DNA of 64,000 nucleotides from Hemiscyllium ocellatum. Lineage: Eukaryota. Of the stretch, positions 1 through 12,232 are shown in pieces. How positions within the stretch are numbered: the first letter of the stretch is position 1; every line of letters begins with the position of its first letter. Made by a program: the position numbers and the translations under genes. Location of the stretch: the NCBI RefSeq assembly GCF_020745735.1, contig NC_083413.1, positions 28,768,001 through 28,832,000 on the forward strand, given 5' to 3'. The notes under the pieces were generated by a model, which was not told where the DNA came from, did no database searches, and was given only the letters and a program-made list of their open reading frames with translations.

Positions 1-9
1 AGAATTCTC

Positions 10-262
10 TTCAATTCCCGACTCAGGCGACTGACTGTGTGGAGTTTGTACATTCTCCCCGTGTCTGCGTGGGTTTCCTCCGGGTACTCCGGTTTCCTCC
101 CACAGTCCAAAGATGTGCAGGTCAGGTGAATTGGCCATGCTAAATTGTCTGTAGTGTTAGATAAGGGGTAAATGTAGGGGTATGGGTGGGATGCGCTTTG
201 GCGGGTACGTGTGGACTGGTTGGGTCGAAGGACCTATTTCCACACTGTAAGTAATCTAATCT
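10..262 (+). mobile_element. HE1-like (V-SINE) tRNA-derived SINE, 5' truncated
   Basis: Has the V-domain core GGGTTTCCTCCGGGTACTCCGGTTTCCTCCCAC and the tail CCACACTGTAAGTAATCTAATCTA. Matches the full copy at 6193-6501. Confidence 0.85.
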
Positions 263-1900
263 AAAAACTTGCCCACCATTGACGTCAGGCTCACCGGCCT
301 ATAGTTTCCTGGCTTGTCTTTACCGCTTTTCTTAAACTGTGGCACCACATTAGCCAACCTCCACTCTTCTGGCACCTCACCTGTGACTATCGATGATACA
401 AATATCTCAGTAAGAGGCCCAGCAATCACTTCTCTAGCTTCCCACAGAGTTCTAGGATACACCTGATCAGACCCTGGGGATTTATCCACTTTTATGCGTT
501 TCAAGATATCCAGCACCTTCTCTCTGTAATATGGACATTTTTCAAGATGTCACCATCTATTTCCCTACATTCTATATCTTCTATGTGCTTTGCCACAGTA
601 AATATGGATGCAAAATATTTGTTTAGTGTCTGTCCCATCTCCTGCCACTCCACATAAAGGTCGCCTTGCTGATCTTTGAGGTGCCCTATTCTCTCCCTAG
701 TTACCCTTATGTTCTTAATGTATTTGTAAAATCTCTTCAGATTCTCCTTAACTTTATTTGCCAAATCTATCTCGTGTCCCCTTTTTGGCCTCCTGATTTC
801 TCTCTTAAGTATATACTCTTCTAAGGATTCATTTGATCTATCCTGTCTATACCCGAATTATGCTTCCTTCTTTTTCTTAAGCAAACCCTCAATTTCTTTA
901 GTCATCCAGCATTCCCTATACTTAACAGCTTTTCTTTTCACCATAACATGAATATACTTTCTCTGGACTCTTGTTATTTCATTTCTGAAGGCTTCCCATT
1001 TTCCAGCTGTCCCTTTACCTGCGAACGTCTGCGTCCCAAGCCTTGAAAGCTCTTGCCTTATACCATCAAAATTTGGCTTTTCTCCAATTTAGAACTTTAA
1101 CGTTTAATCTGGTCTATCCGTTTCCATCACTATTTTAAAACTAATAGAATTATGGTCACTGGCCCCAAAGTGCTCCCCCACTGACAAGTCAGTCACCTGC
1201 CCGGCTTTATTTCCCAAGTGTAGGTCAAGTTTTGCACCTTCTCTAGTAGGTACATCCACATACTGAATCAGAAATTTTTCTTGTACACACTTCACAAATT
1301 CCTCTCCATCTAAACCCTTAACACTATGACAGTCCCAGTCCACGTTTGGAAAGCTAAAATCCCCTACCATAACCACCCTATTATTCTTACAGATAACTGA
1401 GATCTCCTTACAAATTTGTTTCTCAATTTCTCTCTGACTATTAGGGGGTCTATAATGCAATCAAAATAAGAGTGATCATTCCTTCCTTATTTCTCAGTTC
1501 CACCAAATAACGTCCCTGGATGTATTTCCTGGAATATCCTCCCTCAGTACAGCTGTAATGCTATCCCTTCTCAAAAATGCCATTCCTCCTCCTCTCTTAC
1601 CTCCCTTTCTGTCCTTCCTATGGCATTTGTATTCTGGAACATTAAGCTGCCAGTCCTGTCCATCCCTGAGCCATGGTTCTGTAGTTGCTATGATAACCCA
1701 GTCACAGGTTCCTAACTATGCCCTGAGTCCATCTACCTTCCCTGTTAGGCCACTTACATTGAAATATATGCAGTTTAATTTATCAGTCCTACCTTGTTCT
1801 CTGTTTTGTCCCTGCCTGCCCTGACTATTTGACTTGCCTTTGTCCTCAACTGTACCAGTCTCAGATTGAAATCTTTCCTCACTATCTCCCTGCTTTTTTT
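263..1900 (-). mobile_element. CR1 LINE ORF2 fragment (endonuclease to start of RT), decayed
   Basis: Minus-strand peptides include VMVGDFSFPNVDW, GASDHN, KSPGSDQVYPRTL and PGNYRPVSLTS. Closely similar to 27000-28620. Confidence 0.9.
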
Positions 1901-2689
1901 CTATCACTTTATTTTAGATTTTCTTTTGTAAATCACAAATACCCAACTAGAAATTTAAAAACAAAATGTCATGGGTAAGAAAAGAGTATTCTGCCATCAC
2001 TTTAATGTTTTATTCACCTATTGTAGTGTTCAACTCCATCTTAAACTTCCCTAATTTCTATGATTATCTACTGGATTATTCTTTGTACATGACATTTTTT
2101 TTAATAAAGACCCTTTTTTGTAAAATTCACTTCATCAAATCATTGGATTGAGAGATAATGAACACTTATCTGTTTAAAACATATTGGTGTTTAAGAGGAA
2201 CTGGGCAGACTTTACAGCCAAAGGGTGATGGGTGGATCCAAAGAATCAAATCCAAAGAATCAAATCCAAAGAATTAAGAGTAATATTCCTAACATCGCCT
2301 TGCTCTGTTTCACCTTACATCCAGGTTGTTTTGAAGACAATAGGGAATCCTCCACCTTGCCCTTCCACTGGTTGGCTGAGAAGCCTTTGATGTGTGAAGC
2401 TGAAGAATGCCAGCCTGCAAAGGTGAAAGTGTGCTGCTCAATGCACTTCTTTCCACACAAAGAACTTTCATGCTCTTAGAAATTATTTCACCTGTCTTCC
2501 CCTTCACTTCACTTCCCTATATGCCAGCCTTCACCACAGTATGGAGCTACCATTGCAGTTCTACCTTACAAATCTGACGAAGAACAGCAACACCAGGAAG
2601 AAGACCAGCAGCTTCCTCAATCACATGCCATTGCAAAAGGCAGAGGAGATGGATAGAGATCACCTCCAAGAAGGTGAGATCCTAAATAC

Positions 2690-2900
2690 AGACAGAAGAT
2701 TAGGTGTCTCAACATTTGTGAGCACCAGTATCTCAGGAGAATCAAATTTTCACAGCAAGGCGTTGCAAACATCTGCAGACACCTGAAACAAGACATCCTT
2801 CTGAATTACCCAGCATTACACATGGTCATTGTGATGGCTCTCACAGATGCACCCTGCTGCTGGGTCTCAGCCTCTGCGCAAAGTTGTGGACTCTCATCTG
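2690..2900 (+). mobile_element. Possible Harbinger/PIF transposase remnant
   Basis: One frame reads RRIKFSQQGVANICRHLKQDI, reminiscent of HARBI1-type N-terminal segments. Short and degraded. Confidence 0.25.
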
Positions 2901-3312
2901 TAAGGAGAGAAACCAGATAGTTATAAAAATTTGTAATAACATGCATACAACAAGGAAGTACAGGAGGCCTTTGCTCATCATAATACTCAAACTGAGGCTG
3001 AATCACTGTTTTATACATATCTATCATAACTTATTTGCTGTTGTACCATTTATTTATAAAGCCTAGAATTGTGTTTTTTTAACTGCTCTCTCAATGTGTC
3101 CTGTCTTCATTATGATTTGTGCACATGTTCCCCAGGTCCCTCTGTTCCTGTGTTCCTTTTAGAATTGTAATTTTCTTTTAAATTTGTTCTTGTTCTGCAT
3201 ACCAAAATGAATCACTTACATTTAAAATTCATCTACCAGTTATCTGGTAATTCCAGCAGCTGGCTGTCCTTCACAGTTCACAATACTTCCAAAGCATGAA
3301 ATAAAGCATTAA

Positions 3313-4460
3313 GCAGCTTCAGCATAATGTGTTCACTTAACATAACTCAGTAGCTACAAAAGGCTGCATGAAACCCATTGTGTATACTTAAAATAATCAG
3401 AGGGCACATAATGGTATCTCAAGAAAGAAATAAAGTCAGTGGTTTAATTCACAAGGGAAAAAGAATCGGTTTACCATTACTTCTGTGTCATCCAAAGATT
3501 TTAGAATTGCGACATATATATCCAAGTCTAAGTCTTCCCAAGATATTTCACAGAAAGGATGAGAAAAAAAATGCATTAAAATGAGAAAGGAAAATTCCAG
3601 AAAGACATTTATGATTTAGAGTTGAAATGGAGAGATTGAAAGAACAAGTTTCCAGGGGTAGGATGCAATAAGAAGGTACTTAAAGCAGTGGAAAATAAGT
3701 GATGCACAAAATATCATGGAGTGTTATTTAGGTATATATAATGATGAAGGAGATTGCAAAGATAGGGTGCAGCACATTTATGGAGAGCTTTTATAACAAT
3801 GATATGGAATGGAGGAATTGTAAATGAACAAGGACAGGGATGATGGGAATGTGGAATTTAATATGGAATTGAATGTAGGAACAGAACTTTAAATATGTTG
3901 TAATTTATTGAGGGTGAATGAAAAAGCAGCAAGGAGAATACAGGAGTATAGAACAATTATTTTTAAAATAATTTCAGTGTTTGAGTTAGGGGCCTGAAGT
4001 TTTCTTTTTCTTAGTGTATGCCAATGTGCTTTTGTCCTACAGTGTCTAATTTGGAATCATGTTCAGAATTAATCCTTTGAATTTTCCATATACTGAGAAG
4101 TTTCCATCAAATTCTTTTTACGGATTGAAAAGTTCAATGTTATAACTTTTCTCATAATTCAATGAATTGTCACTAGGGAGCAGCATAGTGACCCTTTTCA
4201 GCAATTTTTGCACGTTTTGGGATGAGTGGCTGTGCCTCAGTAATAAGAACTAAATGCAGTATTCAATATGTGATTGAAACAGAACTTCAGCGGCTTCAGC
4301 ATGATGTGTTCACATAACCATAACTCAGCAGCCAGAAAAGGCTGCATCAAACCCACTGTGTATACTTAAAATAATCAGAAGGCACATACTGGTCTCTCAA
4401 CCAAAAAATAAAGTCAGTGATTTAATTCATAGAGTAAAAAGAATTGGTTTACCATTACTT
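3313..4460 (+). repeat. Diverged ~170-bp direct repeat (3313-3482 and 4290-4460)
   Basis: Shared blocks include TGTGTATACTTAAAATAATCAGA, AATAAAGTCAGTG and GGTTTACCATTACTT. Confidence 0.85.
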
Positions 4461-4744
4461 TCTTCACTAGAGCTTATTACAGTAAGTTGCAGAACTGCAT
4501 CTTTTAAAAGCAATTAAAACTTAGCTTGATTGGCCTTAGAGAAGCCCAATAATAGATTCTCTCATCCTCTTTTGAACTCATCTTAATTTTATTCTCTCTT
4601 GATAACCTTTGGTTGTGGAATTTCTGATGGCTTTAAATATACACAACGAGTTCGCTGCTGCTGTTATGGATTGTGCATCTGTTCATTTTCTTAAATATCT
4701 CTGATTTACCGTTGCTTGGTATAGTTTAATTACATTATCAACCA

Positions 4745-5990
4745 TTACCATCAAGCCTGGAGATTAATCCTTGTTCAACAGATAGTGCAAGAGGGCATGC
4801 CAGGAGCAGCATCAGACATACCTAAAAATGAGGTTCAACCTGATGAAGCTACCAAACAGGATACTTAAATGCCAAACAGCATAAGCAGCAAGTGGTAGAT
4901 GGAGCTAAGTGATCCACAACGGACAGTCAGGTCTAAACTCTGCAGTCCTGCCACATCAAGTTGTGAATAGTGGTGGATAATTAAACAATTCACTGGAGTG
5001 GGAGGCTCCACAAATATCTCCATCCTCAATGATGGAAAAGTTCAACTCATCAGTGCAAAAGATAAGGCTGAAGCATTTGCAGCAATCTTCAGCTAGAAGG
5101 GCTGAGTGGATGATCTATCTCAGTCTCCCCCAGTAGTTCCCAGCATCATAGATAGCAATCTTCAACTAATTAGATTCACTCCATGTGATATCAAGAAATA
5201 CTTGGAAGTACTGAATACTGCAAAGGCCCTGACAACATTCCAGCAACAGTATTGAAGACTGGTGCTCCAGAACCGCTGCTCCCCAGCCAAGCTCTTCCAG
5301 TACAGTCATACCATGTGGGAAGTTGCCCATGTCTGTCCTGTACATAGAAAACAGGACAAATCAAACCTAGCCAATTACTGACCCATCAGTCCAGTCTCGA
5401 TCATCACTGAAGTAATGGAAAATGTCATCAGCAGTGCTGTCAAGTAGCACCGGCTCAGCAATAACTCACTCAGTATTGTCCAGTTTGGGTACTGCCAAGG
5501 CCACTCAGCTCCTGACCTCAGGACAAAAGAACTGAATTCCAGAGGTGAGGGGAGAGTGACAAACTTTGACATCAAGGCTACATTCAACCAAGTGTGGCAT
5601 CAAATAACCCTAGCCAAAACTGGAATCAATGAGAATCTGGGAAAAAAAAACTCTGCTGGTTAGAGTCATACCTGGCACTTAGGAGGCCAGTCATCTCAGC
5701 TGGCTGTTGGAGGCCAGTCATCTCAGCTCCAGGTGTTTCTCAGGTTAGTGTGCTAGGGTGATCCATCTTCAGCTATTTCATTCATGATGTTCCCTCCATC
5801 ATAAGGAGGTTTACACTAATGATTGCACCAATTATGATTCCTCAGATACTGAAGGAGTCCATGTTCAAATGCAACAAGATCTGGACAATATGCAGGTTTG
5901 GAGGATGTGGCAAGTAACATTCATAGTGCACAAATCTCTGGCAAACACAATAAGAGACAATCTAACTACTTGTCCTTGACATTCATTGGT
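4745..5990 (+). mobile_element. Decayed non-LTR retrotransposon RT region (CR1/L2-like group)
   Basis: Translated fragments include SAKDKAEAFAAIFS, GPDNIPATVLK and DKSNLANY*PISP. Related pieces lie at ~15520-15780, ~35690-36720 and ~61330-61470. Confidence 0.7.
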
Positions 5991-6192
5991 TGTTGCAGAA
6001 CTGCTGTTTTGAATGCAGTAATCTGTCCGAATATATCTCTGAAGTCCAGCAGCCAGCCTATTTGTAATCTCCTTTTTGAAATAATAATTGTACTGTATTG
6101 GTAAAGAATGAAGGAAACTGTTTTCACATCTGAATTTTATTGAATATCCAAAATTTTAGTTCACAAACGGTTTCCTTGATACGAAAAGGGAA

Positions 6193-6501
6193 TTAGATTA
6201 GACTTACAGTGTGGAAACAGGCCCTTCGGCCCAACAAGTCCACACCGACCCGCCGAAGCGAAACCCACCCATACCCCTACATTTACCCCTTACCTAACAC
6301 TACGGGCAATTTAGCATGGCCAATTCACCTGACCCGCACATCTTTGGACTGTGGGAGGAAACCGGAGCACCCGGAGGAAACCCACGCAGACACGGGGAGA
6401 ACGTGCAAACTCCACACAGTCAGTCACCTGAGTCGGGAATTGAACCCGGGTCTCAGGTGCTGTGAGGCAGCAGTGCTAACCACTGTGCCACCGTGCCGCC
6501 C
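6193..6501 (-). mobile_element. Full-length HE1-like SINE
   Basis: Minus strand has a tRNA head with A box TGGCACAGTGG and B box GGTTCAATTCC, then the V-domain and a TAAGTCTAATCTAAT tail. CpGs are retained. Confidence 0.92.
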
Positions 6502-6769
6502 AAAATGTTCCCATGTTATATGTTATAAGTCTCCACTCCATTTCTAGCTTTGGGAACTTGTAGGTATCACATGGGATGGCAACGCTAATATGCTATGGAC
6601 TGCTTCACTCTTACCTTTGTCTACCCTTCAGCAGGGCAGTGCTGCTCCAACGGGCTTAGGAACCAGCCCACAAACATGTTGGATATACACTTCTGGGAAG
6701 GCATGAGAGTTACTTCTCGGATGTTGAGACCATTGCAGTTTCTCTGCAGCTAGAAAACCACACTACAGC

Positions 6770-8450
6770 TAGCCTGACGAAACTACACAAGACACGTTAA
6801 ATTAACAAGACAGATCTTCAAAAGAATGAAACCGGAAGGGTTCAACACACCCTGTTTCTACAGATTACCGAAGGTACATGAACGAGGAGCCCTCCTCAGA
6901 CCCATGGACTCACTTCCTGGCACATCAAAATACAGCCTAGCAAAGGAACTGCAAGAAAATGAAAACACCTAGTAGAAGACTCAACCCACTCCATCCACTC
7001 CATCCAGGAATTCCTTAACATCATCAAAGACACCAAGGTAGAGGATGATGAGATCATGGTTTCCTTTGAGGTGACAGCCTTATTCACATCAATAAACATC
7101 ACCCTAGCTAAAGAAACACTAGCCTCACTGCTAGACAAACCAGGGATACAAACACCCAACACTGCCAACTCCATCAGCAAGGAAAGCATCCTTAGACTTC
7201 TTGACCTGTGCCCCTCAACCCACTTGATCTTCAATGACAAGATATACAAACAAATCAACGGGACATCTATGGGATCACCAATATTTGGACTTATAGCAGA
7301 AGCACTTATGCAGAGGTTAGAACGAGTAGCCCTTCTACGATCCAGCCTAGCTTTGGATCTGCTATTCGGATGACACCCTTATCACCACGAGATGGGACAA
7401 ACTAGAAGAAACCCACAAGCACATAAACAACACCCCAGCCGGTATAAAATTCCGAAGAGGAAGAGAACAATAACCGATTCCCCTTCTTGGACATCATAGA
7501 TAGATTCCCTACAGTGTGGAAGCAGACTATTTGACCCAACAAGTCCACACCAATCGTCTGAAGAGTATTCCACCCAAATCGATTCCCCTACCCTATTACA
7601 TTGACCACAACTAATATAACTAACCTACACATCCTTGAACACTATGGGCAATTTAGCATGGCCAATTCACCTAACCAGCAGAGAAACCCTGATGCAACAT
7701 ATTTGGGAACAATGGTTACCCAATAAGCGCATTCCGTCAATTCCTACACAACGGACCTAAACAGGAAGCCCATAGACTCTCGTCACCCTACATCTAGCCC
7801 CTAGGCATCATGGTAGCCCACAATCCTACTACCACACTGAAACAACTACTGATGAATTTAAAGGAAACATATGCACAGCCAGCATGGAGTCATAGAGATG
7901 TACAGCATGGAAACAGACCCTTCGGTCCTACTCGTCCATGCTGACTGGATACACCAACCCAATCTAGATGCAAAATACCCTACAAGGACAGCCACAAACA
8001 TTACATTGGACAAATCAGCAGGAAACTAGCCACCAGGAAAAATGAGCACCAACTAGCACCAAAAGACATGAACAACTATCACAGTTATCCATACACACAA
8101 ATGAAGGGAAATACCAGTTTGACTAGGAAAATGCATCCATCCTGGGACAGGCCAAACAAAGACGCAGGAATTCCTAGAGGCCTGGCATTTAAACTGGAAT
8201 TCCATTAACAAACATATAGATTTGGACCCCATTTATCAACCTCTCAGGAACAGAACAGGAAATGATATCACACACCACAATAAACCAAGACACATAAACA
8301 GCAAGTGGAACAAACCCCAATGCTTCATTGGAGGCTCACTGATGATGCTACCTGGCATGGTGATGAAACTTTTGAGAAGAAACCAACCAGCTCAGCGAGC
8401 AAACTGACAATCTGATTTCATAACTTGAGCTGCAAATCTTCTCCAAAATC
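6770..8450 (+). mobile_element. Penelope-like element (family B), RT plus GIY-YIG remnants, with nested SINE (~7497-7680) and CR1 tail (~7885-7970)
   Basis: Peptides MVSFEVTALFTSI, YKQINGTSMGSPI, YSDDT and HYIGQ. A degenerate CTGATGA...GAAAC motif lies near 8340-8370. Confidence 0.85.
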
Positions 8451-8744
8451 TCAAATGCAGTTTGTATGGCTAACATTTTTACATCCTTATGTCCACAGGG
8501 AAAACATCCTCCTCAAAGAGCACCACTGGCTGACAGCTAACAAAAACATTCCACAAACCTGAAATCAATACAGCAGCTACATAAGCAGCTTTAAAAGATA
8601 TACCTGAATTTTCAGTAAAAGTGATTGCTTTGATCTTTTGAGAACCAGAAGACCAACAGATTCATAGTGCTCTTCAGGTCCAAAGAACAGTGTTTGGACT
8701 CAAAATGTTAACAGTGTAGCTCTCTCCACAAATGTTGTAAAGAT

Positions 8745-9205
8745 GCCGCTGTTGGACTGGGGTGGACAAAGTTAAAAATCACACAACACCAGGTTATAGT
8801 CCAGCAGCTTTATTTGGAAGTACAAGCTTTTGGAGTACTGCTCCTTCATCAGGTTGCTAGTGGAGCAGGATCATAGGACACAGAATTTAGAGCAAAAGAT
8901 CATAGTGTCATACAACTGATGCAATAAGTTAAACAAATCTAGATTACTTGAAAGAAGTTCTGGGATTTACATATTAATGAATCAAAACCTGCAAACCATT
9001 CTAAAAGATGAAAGACTTAGCAGCAATTTAGGTTTGTTCAATATATCGAATCAGTTGTATGATACTATGATCTTTTGCTATAAGTCATGTGTCCTATGAT
9101 CCTGCTTCACTAGCTACCTGATGAAGGAGCAGAGCTCTGAAAACTGGTACTTCTAAATAAACTTTTGGGACTATAACCTCATGTGTGATTTTTAAATTTG
9201 TCCAC
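8745..9205. mobile_element. Fold-back non-autonomous element from PLE terminal repeats (family C), ~185-bp inverted arms
   Basis: ~8762-8947 is the reverse complement of ~9023-9205. Each arm has a CTGATGAAGGAGCAG motif. It is nested in another short repeat at ~8680-9285. Confidence 0.75.
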
Positions 9206-9399
9206 GAATGCTATCCCTGACCCGCTGAATTTCTCTGGAATTTTGTTTTTATTTCATATTTACAGCATCCGCAGTATTTTGGTTTGAACGGATGTATGCC
9301 CACATCTTCAGTCTGGTTTGAAAAGGTTAATATCGATTTATTGTAGGAGGATACTGTGCCCCTTTAAAAACGTCAAGTCTTTGCCTTTAAATTTGTCGT

Positions 9400-9766
9400 T
9401 GAGCCGCCGTGATTGGCTGCCTGCCTTGCCTGGCCGGCTAGCCAATCCAGTGCAGGTGTTTGCCAGGCCTGCCGTTGAGCGCGCGCTGCTCCGAGTGCTG
9501 TTTGAATTGGCGGCTGGAGCGTGGTTTCTCAAACAGGTGAAAAACAAACGGCCAAACTGCGCCGTGAATAACCCGAACCGCAAACAGCAGACTGGTGTTT
9601 TCGCAGCATTTACCAGGGTGGGTTGAAATAATTACTCAAATAATAATCATCTCGGTCTCTTTACCACAAACACACGTTGTGACAGCACCAACCTGCCGCA
9701 CCTCAGAGCGGCAGAGGACGGAAACAAACGGTAACTGTTGTAGTGCCGCTCTGAGGTGCGGCCTGT
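9400..9766. promoter_or_regulatory. CpG-rich promoter-like island, candidate PIGZ promoter or non-coding first exon
   Basis: High CpG density. Opposed CCAAT boxes at 9412-9416 and 9442-9446, TTTGAA at 9501-9506. Candidate donors CAG|GTGAAA (9536/9537) and ACG|GTAACT (9730/9731). The PIGZ start exon has an upstream acceptor, so an earlier exon is required. Confidence 0.55.
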
Positions 9767-10675
9767 GACATTTCCGCCACCTCCAAAAAGACCCCACCAC
9801 CAGGGATATATTTCCCTCCCCACCCCTTTCCGCCTTCCGCAAAGACTGTTCCCTCCGTGACTACCTGGTCAGGTCGACGCCCCCCTACAACCAACCCTTC
9901 CATCCTGGCACCTTCCCCCTGCCACCGCAGGAACTGTAAAACCTGCACCCACACCTCCTCCCTTACCTCCATCCAAGACCCTAAAGGAGCCTTCCACATC
10001 CATCAAAGTTTTACCTGCATATCCACCAATATCATTTATTGTATCCGTTGCTCCCGATTCGGTCTCCTCTATATTGGGGAGACTGGGCGTCTCCTAGCAG
10101 AGCGCTTTAGGGAACATCTCCAGGACACCCGCACCAATCAACCACACCACCCTGTGGCCCAACATTTCAACTCCCCCTCCCACTCTGCCGAGGACATGGA
10201 GGTCCTGGGCCTCCTTCACCGCCGCTCCCTCACCACCAGACGCCTGGAGGAAGAACGCCTCATCTTCCGCCTCGGAACACTTCAACCCCAGGACATCAAT
10301 GTGGACTTCAACAGCTTCCTCATTTCCCCTTCCCCCACCTCATCCTGGTTTCAAACTTCCAGTTCAGCACTGTCCCCATGACTTGTCCAACCGGCTTATC
10401 TTCTTTTCCACCTATCCACTCTATCCTCTCCTCCCTGACCTATCACCTTCATCCCCTCCCCCACTCACCCATTGTACTCTATGCTACTCTCTCCCCACCC
10501 TACCCTGCTCTAGCTTATCTCTCTATGCTTCCAGCTCACTGCCTTTATTCCTGATGAAGGGCTTTTGCCTGAAACATTGATTTCGCTGCTCGTTGGATGC
10601 TGCCTGAACTGCTGTGCTCTTCCAGCACCACTGATCCAGAATCTGGTTTCCAGCATTTGCAGTCATTGTTTTTAC
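9767..10675 (+). mobile_element. Penelope-like element (family A), 5' truncated, GIY-YIG endonuclease plus terminal repeat
   Basis: ORF 9857-10381 contains NIIYCIRCSRFGLLYIGETGRLLAERFREH. A hammerhead-like motif lies near 10547-10580. Possible CCTGT target-site duplication. Confidence 0.9.
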
Positions 10676-10744
10676 CCTGTCATGGAGGTGACCTCCCGAG
10701 GGCGGGCGTTTGAGGGCGGTCTGATGTAGTCAAAATTTGGAGAC

Positions 10745-10933
10745 ACCGGTGTTGGACTAGGGTGTACAAAGTTAAAAATCACAAGACACCAGGTTATAGT
10801 CCAACAGGTTTATTTGGAAGCACTAGCTTCCAGAGTGCTGCTTCTTCAGGTGGTTGTGTACCTGACGAAGGAACAGTGCTCCAAATAAACCTATTGGACT
10901 GTAACCTGGTGTCTTGTGGTTTTTAACTTTGTA
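10745..10933. mobile_element. Short palindromic PLE-derived element (family C)
   Basis: ACAAAGTTAAAAATCACAAGACACCAGGTTATAGTCCAA is mirrored by TTGGACTGTAACCTGGTGTCTTGTGGTTTTTAACTTTGT. Confidence 0.75.
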
Positions 10934-11057
10934 GGCAAAAGTGGGTCTAGACTACAAGTTCTGCATCCTGCTTCTCGGATGCTGCCTGTCCTGCTGTGCT
11001 TTTCCAGCATTATTCTAATCTTGCCGTTAACCTCCAGCAGTACCCACTTTCACCTGG

Positions 11058-11077
11058 ACTACAATTCCCAGAGTGCA
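11058..11077 (+). promoter_or_regulatory. ZNF143/THAP11-type (ACTACAnnTCCCA) promoter motif
   Basis: Sequence is ACTACAATTCCCAGAGTGCA. A reverse CCAAT lies at ~11111 and GC boxes (GGGCGG) at ~10700-10719. Confidence 0.6.
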
Positions 11078-11429
11078 CGGCAGTTTCAGTCTGCCTCCAT
11101 GTCCATATCCATTGGCTGTCTTTCTACTTCTCAGAAACACGTTTCTTTTAGGGTGACCCTAAGCTCTCTGTGGCAATGAGTTCCAAAGACTGTCACCCCT
11201 TTAGATAAGAATTTCCTCCTCATCTTAATCTTAAATTGATGCCCCTAAACTTTGAGACTGTGCTCATTGTTCCTAGACTTCTCCATGAGGGGAAACATTT
11301 TCTCAGGATTTACTCTGCCAAACCCCTTAAGAATCCCGTATGCTTGAATGAGGTCACTTCACATTGCTCCAAACTCAAATAAGTAGAGTCCCAACTTGTT
11401 TAGACTTTACTCATAAAGAAGCAGGGATT

Positions 11430-11725
11430 AAATTAGATACCCTACAGTTTGGAAACACGCCCTTCGACCCAACTAGTCCACACTGACTCTCACAAGACAA
11501 CCCTCCCAGACCCATTCCCCGATCCTAGATTTACCCCTGCCTAATCACCTGACACAATAGGCAATTTAGCATGGCCAATTCACCTGACCTGCACATCTTT
11601 GGAATGTGGGAAGAAACCGGAGCATCCGGAGGAAACCCACGCAGACAGTGGGAGAATGTGCAAACTCCAAACAGACAGTCACCCGAGGCAGGAATCAAGC
11701 TTTGGTTTCTGGTGCTGTGAGGCAT
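11430..11725 (-). mobile_element. HE1-like SINE, nested in a decayed CR1
   Basis: Reverse complement of the V-domain: GGGAAGAAACCGGAGCATCCGGAGGAAACCCACGCAGAC. Confidence 0.85.
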
Positions 11726-12232
11726 CTCAGTGTAACTTCTCCAATGAAATGGTATTTTTCCTTAAATAAAGGAGTCCAAAACTGCTCACAGTACTCCGGA
11801 TGTAGTCTCACCAGCATCTTTTACTGTTCCAGAAAGAAGTTTCTAATCTTATACACCAACCTTCTTGAAATAAGCACCAGTGCTCTTAGCTTTCCTGCTT
11901 ACTTGTGTGCTAGCATTCTGTTTTGTGCGCAAGTACTTCAAAGTACCTTTGTGTTACAGCCTTCTGCAGTTTCGCACCATTTAAATAATATTATGTTCTT
12001 TTGTTCTCCCTTCCAAAATGAACAACTTCCTATATACTCTATTTGTCCACTCTCTCACAATCTGTCTTTCCAGCTGTTTCTGTAAAGTCTGCAAATTTGG
12101 CTACAATACATTCACTTTATTCATCCAAGTCATTGATATATTGCAAAAAGTTGTGGTCCCAGCACTGGTCGCAGTTGCCAACCTGAAAACGAATCTCTTA
12201 TCCCCACTTGCTATTTCCTGGCCATGAATGTC

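Noticed and set aside
6430-6501. tRNA gene
   Set aside because: tRNA-derived SINE head continuous with the V-domain and tail.
1-9400. 3' exons of MELTF expected from human synteny
   Set aside because: No transferrin-like peptide was recognised. The region is mostly repeats.
9857-10381. Domesticated GIY-YIG nuclease gene
   Set aside because: 5'-truncated PLE with near-identical copies elsewhere in the window, a GTG start, and no splice support.
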